DNA of 64,000 nucleotides from a virus (IMGVR_UViG_3300013999_000001:1-64000); one strand, 5' to 3'. Shown: positions 19,808-30,736, counted from the stretch's first letter. A program made the numbers and translations. Notes: generated by a model not told the origin, from the sequence alone.

Positions 19808-19810
19808 CTA

Positions 19811-20836
19811 TTACTTCCTGCGTGGTCTGAGCCACAGAGCAGGCGTGTCATCGTCGGCGTGGCGTACTTTCGTGCCTACTGGTGCGGGCTTATGAGCTGA
19901 TCTCCCGCCGCTCAGCGGCAGCGTTGCGCCTGCTGAGCCGACAACAGATTCCAGCATGGCCGCAAACACCATTGCGTCGTCTTCGGTTTCCATTCTGATC
20001 AGCGCCTGCTTCTGCTCCTTACTCAGGAATACCGGCAGCTCCGACACGGCATTGCGGAGGATTTTTCGACGTTTCGCCGCAAAATCCCCTTGGCTTTCCA
20101 GCATCAGGTTAGCGTCACGCAGACGCTGTTCCACTTCCATTAAGCGTCCCTGGCTGGCCCACAGCTGACTTTCCATCTGGTTCGTGCGTTCAACAGCTTC
20201 AAACATTGCCTGGTTGGACATCATCTTTTCAAAGTGATGACACAGATCCGTTGCGGCGTTATCGCTATATCCGGCGTTGCGTAACGCGGCGTGCATTTGC
20301 TCGCCCCGCGTATTGGCGGATTCCAGCATCATACTGGCTTTGTCGAGGCTGATATAATTCGGAATGGTCACATAATCCATACCGTGATAGCTGTTGACGA
20401 ACGAACGCACAGCACCATCTTTGCCACCCGTAGCCCACGACCAGCCACCCGCATTAGAAGCGATCATGCCCCTTACGATATTGCCCGGATCAGTATCCAG
20501 AATCTCCTGGGTGTGGGTAATTACACCGTTATCATCCACGTCAATAGCGATGGTACGGTTAGACGGCACGTTAGTCAGTGTTACCGGCTTGCCGTCCACC
20601 ATCACCACGCTAATTTCCGGCAGGGTGAGCTTGCGGTCTTTCTCGTACTGCATGGCTCGGCGTCCGTGGCCGTAGTAGCCGTACATTTCACCGAGTTTAA
20701 TATGCTCCTTCACCTCTGGATCGTTAAACGTCTCACGCACTGACTGGATGATGTAATTGCGGTCATTCTGCGGTGTATGGCGTCGAATCTTGTCGATAAG
20801 GGAAAAGCGATCGGTAACGGTTTGAAGTGTTTTCAT
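19811..20836 (-). CDS. pro: Prohead processing protease Pro
   Basis: 341 aa; GEMYGYYGHGRR, NAGGWSWATGG, GMDYVTIPNY motifs; downstream of portal as in P1. Confidence 0.85.
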   Translation of the reverse strand: MKTLQTVTDRFSLIDKIRRHTPQNDRNYIIQSVRETFNDPEVKEHIKLGEMYGYYGHGRRAMQYEKDRKLTLPEISVVMVDGKPVTLTNVPSNRTIAIDVDDNGVITHTQEILDTDPGNIVRGMIASNAGGWSWATGGKDGAVRSFVNSYHGMDYVTIPNYISLDKASMMLESANTRGEQMHAALRNAGYSDNAATDLCHHFEKMMSNQAMFEAVERTNQMESQLWASQGRLMEVEQRLRDANLMLESQGDFAAKRRKILRNAVSELPVFLSKEQKQALIRMETEDDAMVFAAMLESVVGSAGATLPLSGGRSAHKPAPVGTKVRHADDDTPALWLRPRRK

Positions 20837-20846
20837 GATGTCTCTC

Positions 20847-22532
20847 TTAATTTTGGCTCATGACAAATTTGGCGAAGTTGAGTAGCTGGGTACGGCTCCA
20901 GTGCTCAGGGTTTTCATGACGATCTGGCGCGGATTCTTGCATCATGTCCTCGTCGTCAAATTCGTGCTCAGCGGATACGGCTTTAAACTCGGTCAGCATC
21001 TTTTCCAGCATTTGCGGGTCCATCTTGAGCTGGTCACAGAACAGGTAGCGCATGAAGGTATCGCTACCTGCCAGCTTCGGACTCTGTTGTATCTGGTCAA
21101 GGATCTGGGTGATTATGGAAATGAAGTTGGCGCGGGCGTCCTGGTCGCGGGCTTCTTCCGCCATCAGTGCGGTATTCATGGAGTTGAATTGCACGGTGAA
21201 AGGGCGCTGGTTCGGCAGGTAAATCTTGCCGTGCTTATACGCCAGGTGGATATCGACGAAGCGATAGATAGCGTCTGCAACGGCTTGACGCAGCCACTGC
21301 GCGCGCTGCGCTGCATGAATGGCAGTTTGCGCCCAGCCGCCTTCCCCCAGACCGCCAGACATTTGATCTGCCCACCCTAACATCGTTGAATCAATGCCCA
21401 GGCTTGAGCACAGCTGGCGCAGGTGAAACATCACATCTTCAATGCCGGAAATATCTGCCGGGATGTACTGCGTGTCCACGGTGACGCCGTTCTTGCCGTC
21501 GCCCATAAGAGGGATCAGGTGGTTCAGTACGGTCGGCATCGTGCTTGCCTGGACTGACCGGCGCGCCAGCGTCTCTGCATTGCGTTTCAGTGATTGCGCT
21601 ACACTACGCGTGTAGTTGGCTGCGTTTACCGGGTCCAGTGTGCCGGTTGTCAGTGCTATCAGACGGTCGATTTTAGCGGCGTTATAGCGCGTGGCTTTCA
21701 GGGCGTTCAGCGCCCCGCACAGGTTCATAAATGGCTCGTAGGAGTGCTCCAGGAAGCTGGTGCCGTAATTCTGCGTCTCCATCAGATTCTGATTCTGCAC
21801 ATCGTTCATAAGGGTGTACCCGCGCGTGCCGGTGGACATCGGGGTTAGGTTGCTGCTTGGAGTCCAGTACGGGTTTTTGACCGGCACGATAAACCACGGC
21901 TCGGCCAGGGTCCGTTGAAGATTGTCCGGGGTCAGGAGGTAATCGCCGGTATAGCCTGCCAGCTGCCCGCCTCGGTGGAATTCCTGGATGAAGTGGGGGA
22001 GGGTGTAAAAGCTGGACTCGATGTTAATGATCCCCCGTCCGGGCTCGCCGTATGGCCGGGTAAAGCCCACGCCGAAAATCGACATAATCAATCCCCATCC
22101 GGGCATCCCGTTATTAATCATTTCCCCCAGGTCTTCCATCAGCTCATTGCAGCGTGCGACGGCCTCTTTGTCTGCCGGGTTCTTTGCCACCAGCGAAAAC
22201 GCCAGCCCGCTTCTTTTGCTGGGTGACAGGGCGTGTGCGATGTGGATATTGAGCGCACTGGATACCGTGGCGCTTTTCGACATTTCTTCCAGGATCGGAT
22301 ATTTGGCGAGGCGGTCCAGGGGCAGCGTCAGCCCAATGCCGAGACTGTCCGCTTCCGTCGTCAGCTCACCCGGAGCATCGCCAGGCTTGCCGACCAGCGT
22401 AGCCAGCCCGGACCGTGACACGACGTTATGCCCACTACTCAAAGGCAGGTGAGAAACGGGCGTTTTGGGCGCGCTGGTGAACAGCTTTTTTAGGGCCGTG
22501 ATCGCCCCGTTAGTCGAGTTTCTGTTTGCCAT
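20847..22532 (-). CDS. prt: Portal protein Prt
   Basis: About 561 aa from ATG 22532 (MANRNS); DRLAKYPILEEM, LGWADQMSGGLGEGGW motifs; divergent from darB as in P1. Confidence 0.9.
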   Translation of the reverse strand: MANRNSTNGAITALKKLFTSAPKTPVSHLPLSSGHNVVSRSGLATLVGKPGDAPGELTTEADSLGIGLTLPLDRLAKYPILEEMSKSATVSSALNIHIAHALSPSKRSGLAFSLVAKNPADKEAVARCNELMEDLGEMINNGMPGWGLIMSIFGVGFTRPYGEPGRGIINIESSFYTLPHFIQEFHRGGQLAGYTGDYLLTPDNLQRTLAEPWFIVPVKNPYWTPSSNLTPMSTGTRGYTLMNDVQNQNLMETQNYGTSFLEHSYEPFMNLCGALNALKATRYNAAKIDRLIALTTGTLDPVNAANYTRSVAQSLKRNAETLARRSVQASTMPTVLNHLIPLMGDGKNGVTVDTQYIPADISGIEDVMFHLRQLCSSLGIDSTMLGWADQMSGGLGEGGWAQTAIHAAQRAQWLRQAVADAIYRFVDIHLAYKHGKIYLPNQRPFTVQFNSMNTALMAEEARDQDARANFISIITQILDQIQQSPKLAGSDTFMRYLFCDQLKMDPQMLEKMLTEFKAVSAEHEFDDEDMMQESAPDRHENPEHWSRTQLLNFAKFVMSQN

Positions 22533-22551
22533 TTTTGAGAAATACCTTTGG

Positions 22552-22572
22552 AAAATACAGACCACTTAGAAT
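22552..22572 (+). promoter_or_regulatory. Candidate late promoter for darB
   Basis: AAAATACAGA-ccact-TAGAAT. Confidence 0.65.
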
Positions 22573-22579
22573 TGCGGTG

Positions 22580-22600
22580 ATTTTATCGGGTCTATGTTTT
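22580..22600 (-). promoter_or_regulatory. Candidate late promoter for prt-pro
   Basis: Minus strand AAAACATAGA-cccga-TAAAAT. Confidence 0.65.
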
Positions 22601-22619
22601 GCAGACACAAGGTTAAAAA

Positions 22620-25600
22620 ATGGCAAACACTGTATTGGATCATCTGAACAGTGCCGGATCGCTGGATGAGATTGTTACCCTCATTCTTCGGCTGCGAAAA
22701 TCGCGCGCCGTGGCACAGTTCGGCATTGTTAAAGAGGAAGGCGTGAGTATTCAGCGCGCGCGTCGAGCTGCAAATAACGCTGCAATGCGCCTGCTGCAAG
22801 AGCTGCCGGAGAACATGGACGGCAATAAGCTGACTGACGAACAGCGGCAGGTGCTGGCCGGTTATACCGGGGAAGGGGGGCTGACCGACGGAGGCAGTCA
22901 ATACGAGTATTACACTCCACAGTTTATGGCAGAGGGTATCTGGGATCTGATGGCCGATTATGGCGTTACATCTGGCCACGTCCTGGAACCGTCCGCCGCA
23001 ACCGGCATCTTCCAGGAAACCAAGCCGCAGGGGGCGATCATGACCGCCGCCGAGATTTCGCCGGTTTCTGGCCGCATCAACCAGCTGCTGCACCCGGAAG
23101 ACGATGTGCGCATGGGGGCATTTGAGGACCTGGCCGCGAACGTGGGCGATGACACCTACGATCATGCCGTCGGCAATATCCCGTTCGGTGAAAGCCGTAC
23201 CGGATATGCTGAGCGCGATCCGGCGTACAAAGGGGAAACGAACGTCGGGCATTACTTTGTCCTGCGTACCATCGACAAGGTGAAACCGGGCGGGCTGGTG
23301 GTGCTGGTGGTGCCAAACGGCATGACAGACGGCGGCGGAAACAATAAAAAGCTGCGTGATAAAGTGGCGCGCCGCGCGGAGTTTCTGGGCGCGCACCGTA
23401 TGCCGTCCGGTACTTTCGCCGAAAGCGGCACCGCGACAGTGGTAGACGTGTGGGTGCTGCGTAAACACACTCGCGCTCTGGCGGAGATCGTCAGTAATGC
23501 CGACGATAAAACCCTGACCGCTGCCCACGTCCTCTGGCCTACGTTCCTCAAGGGAAAATGGTTTGTGACCGAGGGCAAGCGGTTTGTCCACGGCGAAACA
23601 GAGCGGTCCAGCTTTAACAATATTCTAACGGTCAAAAAAGACGGGCGCGTAACCAATGCTGGCATGAAACAGGCGTTATCGCGCCGGTTTGATAGCCGTA
23701 TCGCCTGGGAAATGCTGGACGTTAACCAGGACGCATACAAAGGCGCGAATGAAGGTGATAAGCGGCTGGTGGGCGGTATCTGGCACGTTTATGACGGCGA
23801 AACATGGGTCCGTGACAGTACGACTGACCGCAGCGGCATTGACGCGGAACGCTTCGGGGCGCAGACATTCGGGGATCTCCAGACGAAATGCCGGTCGCTG
23901 CATGGCTTGCTGTCTCTCAGTGCCAGCCAGCTCGCAGCCATTGCTGAGGTGTATCCGGCGCTGCTGACCGATCGGCAGCACAACGTAATGAAGTTTGCGC
24001 TCCAGCAAAAGCCATCCCAGCGCGAGCGCGCGCTGCGTGGGGCGCTGATTGGCCTCACCATCAACGATGCGCAGGACTTAATCGCTCAGGGCGGTGATGC
24101 AGGCCCGCTGCTGGCCGACGCCGCCCGCATGGTTGAACAGGAAATTGCGGTCTATGGCTCACCAAATGGCCTGCGCCTGGCAGGACTTTCCGATCCCGCA
24201 GCTAAAGGCTGGCTGACCTTTCAGGGTAACGTTACCCGCGACAGTAAGCTCTCTGATTTATTGACCGGTCGCCTTAATACCGAGTCTGTTTCCCCGGTCG
24301 ATACCGGCAACCCTGAGCAGGTTGTGGCACACCTTTTCAGTCAGATTGACTTAGTGCCGGTGTCGCTTGAGCAATTCCGCGACTATTGCACGGCGCAGCT
24401 ACCGTCCTCAGATGACGCGCTGCTGGACTACCTGGCGAACTTCCCGGAAATCGCGCTAGATGGCTACGGCAACATTTTGCCGATGTCGCGCGCCACCAGC
24501 GGCAACGTGCGCGGGAAAATGACTACGCTGGCCGCGCAGATAGCCGGACTCCAGGACGGGCCGCAAAAGCAAAACCTGGTACGCCAGATGATGCTGATAG
24601 AAGAGAAGCGTAATCCGGTCCCGATCGACAAAATCACGGTAAACCTTAACGCCCGTTGGCTGGACCGCCGTCTGATTAAGGAGTTTCTGGCCGAGCAGGG
24701 CTATGATGCCTTCAAATACACCCAAGATATTCAGGTGGAAGATGGTTTCCTTGTCTCCCCCGATGATTACGCGGGCAAGGATGGCGTTTTCAGTGGCTAT
24801 AAGTTGCGTACCGTTACGAGCAAGGGTGTCACTGAGTTTAAGCAGGCCAACAACAGCGACGGCTTTTTAAACCAGCTGGAAAACTACCTTAACGGCGTCA
24901 AACCGCGCGGGGTGAATGCTGCCCAGTACCTTGATCGCATCGGCAAGCTGGAAGCCTCTTTTAACGACTGGCTGAAATCGCACCCGGACGTTACCGGCGT
25001 TGAGAATGATTACAACGATGCGTTTAACAATTACGTCCCGTTCGAGCACTCCAGCGAATCCCTGAGCCTCGAAGGCATTTCCGGCAAGCGTATACCACTG
25101 AGTTACCAGAACTCCGAGGTTCGCCGTCTCTCAGAGGACGGGCGCGGTATCATGGGATTCGGTACGGGTTTGGGTAAAACCACAACGGCGCTGGCGCTGG
25201 AGGCGTTTAACTTCCAGCATGGCCGCTCAAAACGCACCGCCATTGTCGTACCGAAGGCCGTTTATCAGAACTGGTATCACGAAGCGCGCGATTTCTACAG
25301 TGATGCGGCATTTAGTCAGATGCTGTTTATCGGCCTCGATGAAGTGATGGGCGATAACGGCATTCAGCAATCGCAGGTACGCAATGAGAACAACGAACCG
25401 GTTACAGATAGCGACGGCAACCCGGTCATGCGTAATGTCCTCAAAGATGCCGATACCGCCACCATTCTGGAGCGTCTGAACCGTATCCCTGCGTCGAATT
25501 ATCGCTCAGTCATCATGACAAAAGAGCAATTCGGCATGATCCCTATGCGCCCGGAAACGATTGAAGAGAACTCCGCTCAGGCGCTGTATAACGCCGTCGA

Positions 25601-28600
25601 TATGGGCCGCACGGACCTGATGAAATCGACGCACCGCGCAGAGCTGGCGAAGAACAAACTCAAAGACAAGGCCGCAGACACAGGCACCGAGAAGAAACAG
25701 CAGGTGCCATACTTTGAGGACATGAACTTTGACAACGTGATCGCCGATGAAGGCCACAACTACAGGAACTCGCTTTCTGCTGGCCGAGAAACCGCCCAAC
25801 TGGCGTACCTACCTAACCCGGCTGTATCGCAGATCGCGCGTGATATGTCGGTCAAGTCAGCCTGGCTGATGAAAAAATACAATGGGCGCGGCGTCACGCT
25901 GCTGACGGCCACACCGCTCGTTAACTCTCCGCTCGATGCCTTCAACATGTTGAGCCACGTCGTGCCGGTCGAAGACTGGAAGGCAATGGGCATCCTGACG
26001 CCGGATGACTTTGTACGCGTGTTTGGCGAAACGGCAAACGTTGTGGTGCAGAAGATTTCCGGCGAGCTGATGGATAAGCAGGGGCTGGTGGGCTTTAAAA
26101 ACCTTGACGGTTTACGCGGTATCTTCCATCGCTGGACCACATTAAAGACCGCTGCTGACGTGAAAGAAAGCGTCAAAATCCCGGACCTGAACGAGAAAAA
26201 CGTAGAGGTTCCGCTGACTGATGAGCAGAAGGAGCTGTACGAAGCGTTGCGTAAGCGCGCCAGCCTGATCGGGCAGAAACAAATCATCACCAAAAATGAC
26301 GACGGCACGGTAACAGTCGAGGAGAACAAGGACGATGATTTTATCTTTTCCGTTATCCGCGACATGGACAAGATGGTTATCGACCCGGATTTATACCGCT
26401 CATCGCTGACCTTCCGTTTCCTGCCTGCCGATCTGGAAAAGGTCAAAGCCATTGCGGCCAGCCTGCCAGCCCATGCGGGCGGCAAAGAAGCCGCCGACGA
26501 CGACGAGGTGGAAGAGAACGAGGCCGGGCTGGTGGATACGCGCACCAGTAAGGTAGTGGCAACGACCGTGACCGAAAAAGCCGACGCCATAGAGCTGATG
26601 GTTAGCGTGGAACTGGAAGCCGAGGTGATGAAAGCAATCGCAGCTGCCGGTATCAGTATGAAAACCGTCTCGCATCCTATTCCGCCAAAATATGCGGCCA
26701 TGATTGAGAACCTGAAAGCCGGGATGCAGAACGGCAAGCAGATCATCTTCATGGACGAAAAGACGCAGCACAACAAGCTACGCCGAATCATTGCCAGCGC
26801 GCTGGGGCTGGATGAAAGCCAGATAGGGATAATTAACGCCACTACCGTCAGCAAGGCAACCGGACCCAAACTCAAGAGGGTTAAAAAGCCGGTTGAGCCT
26901 GCCGAACGCGCCGACGGCAATTACAAAGAGGGGGTCTGGGAAAAATATTACGCCGACCTGGCGCGATATGAAGATTATCAGTCTGCGCTCAATGACGTGT
27001 CGCTCTCAGGCATGGAAGGGATCGCCGCCGACTACAACGAAGGCCGCACCCCGATCGTCATCTGCAACAAAAAAGCTGAGGTGGGGATAAACCTTCACAA
27101 AGGCACCACGGATATTCACCATTTAACCTTCCCCTGGACACCGGCAAGTATTTCCCAGCGGAATGGGCGCGGGGCGCGTGTTGGTTCCAGCCAGGACTCG
27201 GTGAATGTGCATTATTACTGCGGGCAGGGATCATTCGATGAATTCCGTCTCCAGACGTTGCAACGCAAAAAAGACTGGATTAATCAGATCATGACTTCCG
27301 ACGTGTCTACCTACAAAAATGGTGACGTGGATGAGAAGGACGAAATTAATCTGATGCTGGCCGCGAACCCGGAAGAGCGACAAGCGCGTATTAATGCCCA
27401 GCTGGCCGCACGTCGTGAAGTTGAACGCCTGCGGGCTGAGAAGGAAGCCGAAACCGCCCTCGATGTGTTCCTTCGTGCCTCCGTGGCCGCAAAAGAAGAT
27501 CCTGCCATTCTTGCCAGTCGTCTGGAGTCTGCCGAGCAGATGCTTACTGCGCACGAAGCAAAGGTGGAAGAATACCGCGCCCAGGTGAGCAAAGAGGAAA
27601 GCGACTACAACAGCTGGATGGAAAGCCACGGCAAGCGAAGCGCAGACATTTACCACGCCGAACCGCGCCGCCGTGCTCGCTCAACCCTGAAAACAGCCGT
27701 TGAAACGCTGGTGGAGCTGAAAACGGATGTGAAGAAAGCACGTAACGTGCTCAATCGGTCGAAAAGCGCGTCAACGATGGTGAAACGAGCGCGCGGGGAT
27801 CTGGAGCGTGGCATTAAAGCAGGCGTCATTGATGTTGATCCTGATGTGCTGCTTAACCCGTCGCAGTACGTGAAAACAGCAACCGGCACCTTGCTGAAAG
27901 CGGGGTCGTATTACTGGATTGCTGGTGATTATCGCTATGTTGGCCGCATCACCCGACTGATGCCTGATCAGGGTGCGGTGGAAGTGGATGTGATGTATGC
28001 CCCCATTAACGCGAATACTTACAGGACACCGGGCGGCGGCGTGAGAGAAGTGCTGATGTCAAAGGTGCGTGAACAGGTTGACGTAACCGAAAGCCAGGCC
28101 GCCGCCCGTCGCCGTGCAAACGTTGGTTTGTGGCCTTCCGAAATAGCATCCACGCTCAGCCGTGCGGAGTTTATCGACGCCATAGCGGGTAATTACATGC
28201 GCGTGAAAGGCGATACCTGGATGCAATATTCCGACGCCGGCACACTGGAAATGTTTTACGTTTCTGGTGGCCTCACCAGCGATAGCCCGGAGCGTCTGGT
28301 TTACCCGGACAGCAATGACGAAGGATTAAAGCGCGCCCTGTATCAATTCTCCGTGAACGGTGGAACCTATTCCGTGCGCGCCATATATTCGGCGGTATTC
28401 GGTGAGAACTACAGCGAAGTGCTTGAAGGGTACGGCGAACAGGCAACGATGGCAGATGCGCTGGACATCTTCGAAACCGCTCGCCGGGAAGCCGAGAAGG
28501 ATAGCGGTGTGATCCTTGCCGGTGCATCTGCGGAAGAGGTGAATTCTGCCTTCTTCAATGGCGTGGATAGTGCCGTGCGCTTCTGGCAAAACAGCCTGTC

Positions 28601-29462
28601 AGTGCGCAAGGTGATGACGTACAGCAAGCGATTCAGCAACCAGACGGAGATCCGCAAGTTTATCAGCACTATTCTGGACGATCGCATTGCCGTCAAGATT
28701 GATGAGATTAACGAGGCCGTAGGGCGCGCCGCGAAAGAGCTATATGCGCAGTGCGAACGCCTGGAAGGCCGAACGGCGCTGGAGGAAGTACGTCAGCTGG
28801 ATGATATGGACATTTCCGGCTATATGAACCGCGCTCAGCAGTCGCGTAATCTGATGGCGCTCAACCTGCCCGAGCTGGTTATGGCCGGTGTGCTGGTGGG
28901 CGCGTATCCACGTCAGATGGTGAATGCTGCCATGTTCACGTCAGCAAGCCGGGTGCGTCAGCTGCTGGACTCTGGCCGCTATAAGCTAAAAGAGGTTAAA
29001 AACGGTGGCTACAAGCCGCTTGCGGCCTCTTTTGATGAGTGGCTTGGGCTGATGGCCGGTGATCTCTCTGATACCGAACTGGCCGCGCTGCGCGAGGCAG
29101 AAGAGGCCCGCAAGGCCAACGAGGCGGAAGTATTTGCCGGTCAGCAGGCGGTGGCAGGTGAATACGGCTATGTCGCGATCACCAACCAGCAGGAGCTGGC
29201 AGGCCAGCGCAAATGGAAGAACCGCACATTCAGAATAAGTTTCCCGGCTGGTGGTGCGCATGTGCTGATTGACAGCAGCGGACGCGCCACACTCAAAGCG
29301 AAGGATGTACGTACCATGCTGAAAGAGAAGTACGGCGCGCAATTCTGGAACTTTGAAGACGATCCGGTAGCGGGAAATGAGTTTACCCAGCCAGCATGGA
29401 TCGTGCCGTCACGATTCCCTATTGAACAAATTCACAATGATATTCAGGCATTGGTCAGCTAA
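22620..29462 (+). CDS. darB: DarB: N6-adenine methyltransferase-like domain fused to SNF2/SF2 helicase
   Basis: 2280 aa; LEPSAATG and VGNIPFG MTase motifs, GFGTGLGKT Walker A, DEGH, helicase C-terminal QRNGRGARVG. Confidence 0.95.
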   Translation: MANTVLDHLNSAGSLDEIVTLILRLRKSRAVAQFGIVKEEGVSIQRARRAANNAAMRLLQELPENMDGNKLTDEQRQVLAGYTGEGGLTDGGSQYEYYTPQFMAEGIWDLMADYGVTSGHVLEPSAATGIFQETKPQGAIMTAAEISPVSGRINQLLHPEDDVRMGAFEDLAANVGDDTYDHAVGNIPFGESRTGYAERDPAYKGETNVGHYFVLRTIDKVKPGGLVVLVVPNGMTDGGGNNKKLRDKVARRAEFLGAHRMPSGTFAESGTATVVDVWVLRKHTRALAEIVSNADDKTLTAAHVLWPTFLKGKWFVTEGKRFVHGETERSSFNNILTVKKDGRVTNAGMKQALSRRFDSRIAWEMLDVNQDAYKGANEGDKRLVGGIWHVYDGETWVRDSTTDRSGIDAERFGAQTFGDLQTKCRSLHGLLSLSASQLAAIAEVYPALLTDRQHNVMKFALQQKPSQRERALRGALIGLTINDAQDLIAQGGDAGPLLADAARMVEQEIAVYGSPNGLRLAGLSDPAAKGWLTFQGNVTRDSKLSDLLTGRLNTESVSPVDTGNPEQVVAHLFSQIDLVPVSLEQFRDYCTAQLPSSDDALLDYLANFPEIALDGYGNILPMSRATSGNVRGKMTTLAAQIAGLQDGPQKQNLVRQMMLIEEKRNPVPIDKITVNLNARWLDRRLIKEFLAEQGYDAFKYTQDIQVEDGFLVSPDDYAGKDGVFSGYKLRTVTSKGVTEFKQANNSDGFLNQLENYLNGVKPRGVNAAQYLDRIGKLEASFNDWLKSHPDVTGVENDYNDAFNNYVPFEHSSESLSLEGISGKRIPLSYQNSEVRRLSEDGRGIMGFGTGLGKTTTALALEAFNFQHGRSKRTAIVVPKAVYQNWYHEARDFYSDAAFSQMLFIGLDEVMGDNGIQQSQVRNENNEPVTDSDGNPVMRNVLKDADTATILERLNRIPASNYRSVIMTKEQFGMIPMRPETIEENSAQALYNAVDMGRTDLMKSTHRAELAKNKLKDKAADTGTEKKQQVPYFEDMNFDNVIADEGHNYRNSLSAGRETAQLAYLPNPAVSQIARDMSVKSAWLMKKYNGRGVTLLTATPLVNSPLDAFNMLSHVVPVEDWKAMGILTPDDFVRVFGETANVVVQKISGELMDKQGLVGFKNLDGLRGIFHRWTTLKTAADVKESVKIPDLNEKNVEVPLTDEQKELYEALRKRASLIGQKQIITKNDDGTVTVEENKDDDFIFSVIRDMDKMVIDPDLYRSSLTFRFLPADLEKVKAIAASLPAHAGGKEAADDDEVEENEAGLVDTRTSKVVATTVTEKADAIELMVSVELEAEVMKAIAAAGISMKTVSHPIPPKYAAMIENLKAGMQNGKQIIFMDEKTQHNKLRRIIASALGLDESQIGIINATTVSKATGPKLKRVKKPVEPAERADGNYKEGVWEKYYADLARYEDYQSALNDVSLSGMEGIAADYNEGRTPIVICNKKAEVGINLHKGTTDIHHLTFPWTPASISQRNGRGARVGSSQDSVNVHYYCGQGSFDEFRLQTLQRKKDWINQIMTSDVSTYKNGDVDEKDEINLMLAANPEERQARINAQLAARREVERLRAEKEAETALDVFLRASVAAKEDPAILASRLESAEQMLTAHEAKVEEYRAQVSKEESDYNSWMESHGKRSADIYHAEPRRRARSTLKTAVETLVELKTDVKKARNVLNRSKSASTMVKRARGDLERGIKAGVIDVDPDVLLNPSQYVKTATGTLLKAGSYYWIAGDYRYVGRITRLMPDQGAVEVDVMYAPINANTYRTPGGGVREVLMSKVREQVDVTESQAAARRRANVGLWPSEIASTLSRAEFIDAIAGNYMRVKGDTWMQYSDAGTLEMFYVSGGLTSDSPERLVYPDSNDEGLKRALYQFSVNGGTYSVRAIYSAVFGENYSEVLEGYGEQATMADALDIFETARREAEKDSGVILAGASAEEVNSAFFNGVDSAVRFWQNSLSVRKVMTYSKRFSNQTEIRKFISTILDDRIAVKIDEINEAVGRAAKELYAQCERLEGRTALEEVRQLDDMDISGYMNRAQQSRNLMALNLPELVMAGVLVGAYPRQMVNAAMFTSASRVRQLLDSGRYKLKEVKNGGYKPLAASFDEWLGLMAGDLSDTELAALREAEEARKANEAEVFAGQQAVAGEYGYVAITNQQELAGQRKWKNRTFRISFPAGGAHVLIDSSGRATLKAKDVRTMLKEKYGAQFWNFEDDPVAGNEFTQPAWIVPSRFPIEQIHNDIQALVS

Positions 29463-29497
29463 AACAGGAGCGCCCGGGGGAACCGGGCGAAAGACTT

Positions 29498-29932
29498 ATG
29501 ACAACATTAATCGACACCGTTTTACCGACAGAAGAGCATCTGGAAGAGATTTTAACCGCGTATGCGCTTGATGGGCGGGGAGAGGGCGAGTTTGTGGAGG
29601 TGTACCTGCGCGGGCTGGAGAAACGGCTTGAGGCCAACTCTCTTTCGTACCGGTCATTTGGTCCGTGGTGGCCTGCGCTGAAAACCATGCTGCTGGAACG
29701 TGGTATCACAACCTGGGGGCAGATCGTTGATAGTGACGTGGCTGAGATATACAGCATGCGCAGACCTGCTTTAACGCTGGTTGCAGCACATCTTTATGCT
29801 GATGAAGTCGCTGATACTGGTAATATGTTCAGTGCTGATCATCTGCTCAGCGTTATGCTGTCCGCTGACGACACGGAGCCGTATCATTATGTGAGCTACG
29901 ATGAATCAGTGGAGAAGTACAAACTTAAATAA
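29498..29932 (+). CDS. ulx: Ulx
   Basis: 144 aa directly after darB; YRSFGPWWPALKTML motif. Confidence 0.8.
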   Translation: MTTLIDTVLPTEEHLEEILTAYALDGRGEGEFVEVYLRGLEKRLEANSLSYRSFGPWWPALKTMLLERGITTWGQIVDSDVAEIYSMRRPALTLVAAHLYADEVADTGNMFSADHLLSVMLSADDTEPYHYVSYDESVEKYKLK

Positions 29933-29942
29933 GAGGCCGACA

Positions 29943-30197
29943 ATGACTAACCGCCCAAGGAAATTTTATACCATTAGTGAGCTGACCGAGCTGGCGCGCA
30001 GCCACGGCTGCGAGCTGCGCTATAAACGCACCCAGGCCGTGTTTTCGCTTCATCTGGCTGACAAGCCAGAGGCGTGGATCTGGATAATCAACCCAGCAAG
30101 TGGGGAGAGGGTGAAGCTGGTACGTGAGCTTGACAGGCACGAATGGGGCGTGTTGCTGGCGCGATCACGCGATGAACTGGCCCGCAGGCATGGATAA
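29943..30197 (+). CDS. lxc: Probable Lxc (C1 co-repressor)
   Basis: 84 aa after ulx as in P1; weak resemblance (KFYTISELTELARSHGCELR). Confidence 0.5.
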   Translation: MTNRPRKFYTISELTELARSHGCELRYKRTQAVFSLHLADKPEAWIWIINPASGERVKLVRELDRHEWGVLLARSRDELARRHG

Positions 30198-30358
30198 AGA
30201 ACAGGCAACGCAACAAATGAAAATTAAACTTGCCAACAATACATAAAAGCCTTAGATTCTATATGCATTAAGAAAAAGCCCGGCATAAGCCGGGCTTCCC
30301 ATTCAAAGCGGGTCAGAGTTTGGCCACCGAAACCCGCGTGAACAAAAGGAACTATACC

Positions 30359-30535
30359 ATGAAAGCATTCGCTCAGCGTGATTTTGTGCAACCCGTTAAA
30401 CACACCCAGCAGTCTTCTGATGTCCACGTCTTCCAGGTTTTCGAAAACATTCTGCGCGTCTGGGTGCCTCTCTGCCTGTCCATCTTTGGTAGCGTCTGGC
30501 TCCTAAGCCTCGTTTACCAACTCGCCACGCATTAA
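30359..30535 (+). CDS. Small membrane protein, hypothetical
   Basis: 58 aa from ATG with AAGGA RBS; one C-terminal TM segment. Confidence 0.55.
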   Translation: MKAFAQRDFVQPVKHTQQSSDVHVFQVFENILRVWVPLCLSIFGSVWLLSLVYQLATH

Positions 30536-30736
30536 AATAAAACCCTAAAAAAAAAACCGTAATTTGCCGATTTTGTTGTGACCTTAAATTCAGTTTTGGT
30601 TACGGAAAGTTAATCCGCACTAATCAAAAACTGCATTAAAGCGCAGTAATAAAGTCGATTAATTTTAATCGGTGTTAACGTGAGGCGCACATACAGCTGC
30701 GCCTCTTGGTATCTCTTTTCCAATAAAGGCTAAAAA

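Noticed and set aside
22566-23591. 341-aa minus-strand ORF and the other long antisense ORFs inside darB
   Set aside because: Shadow frames of a well-supported gene; no motifs
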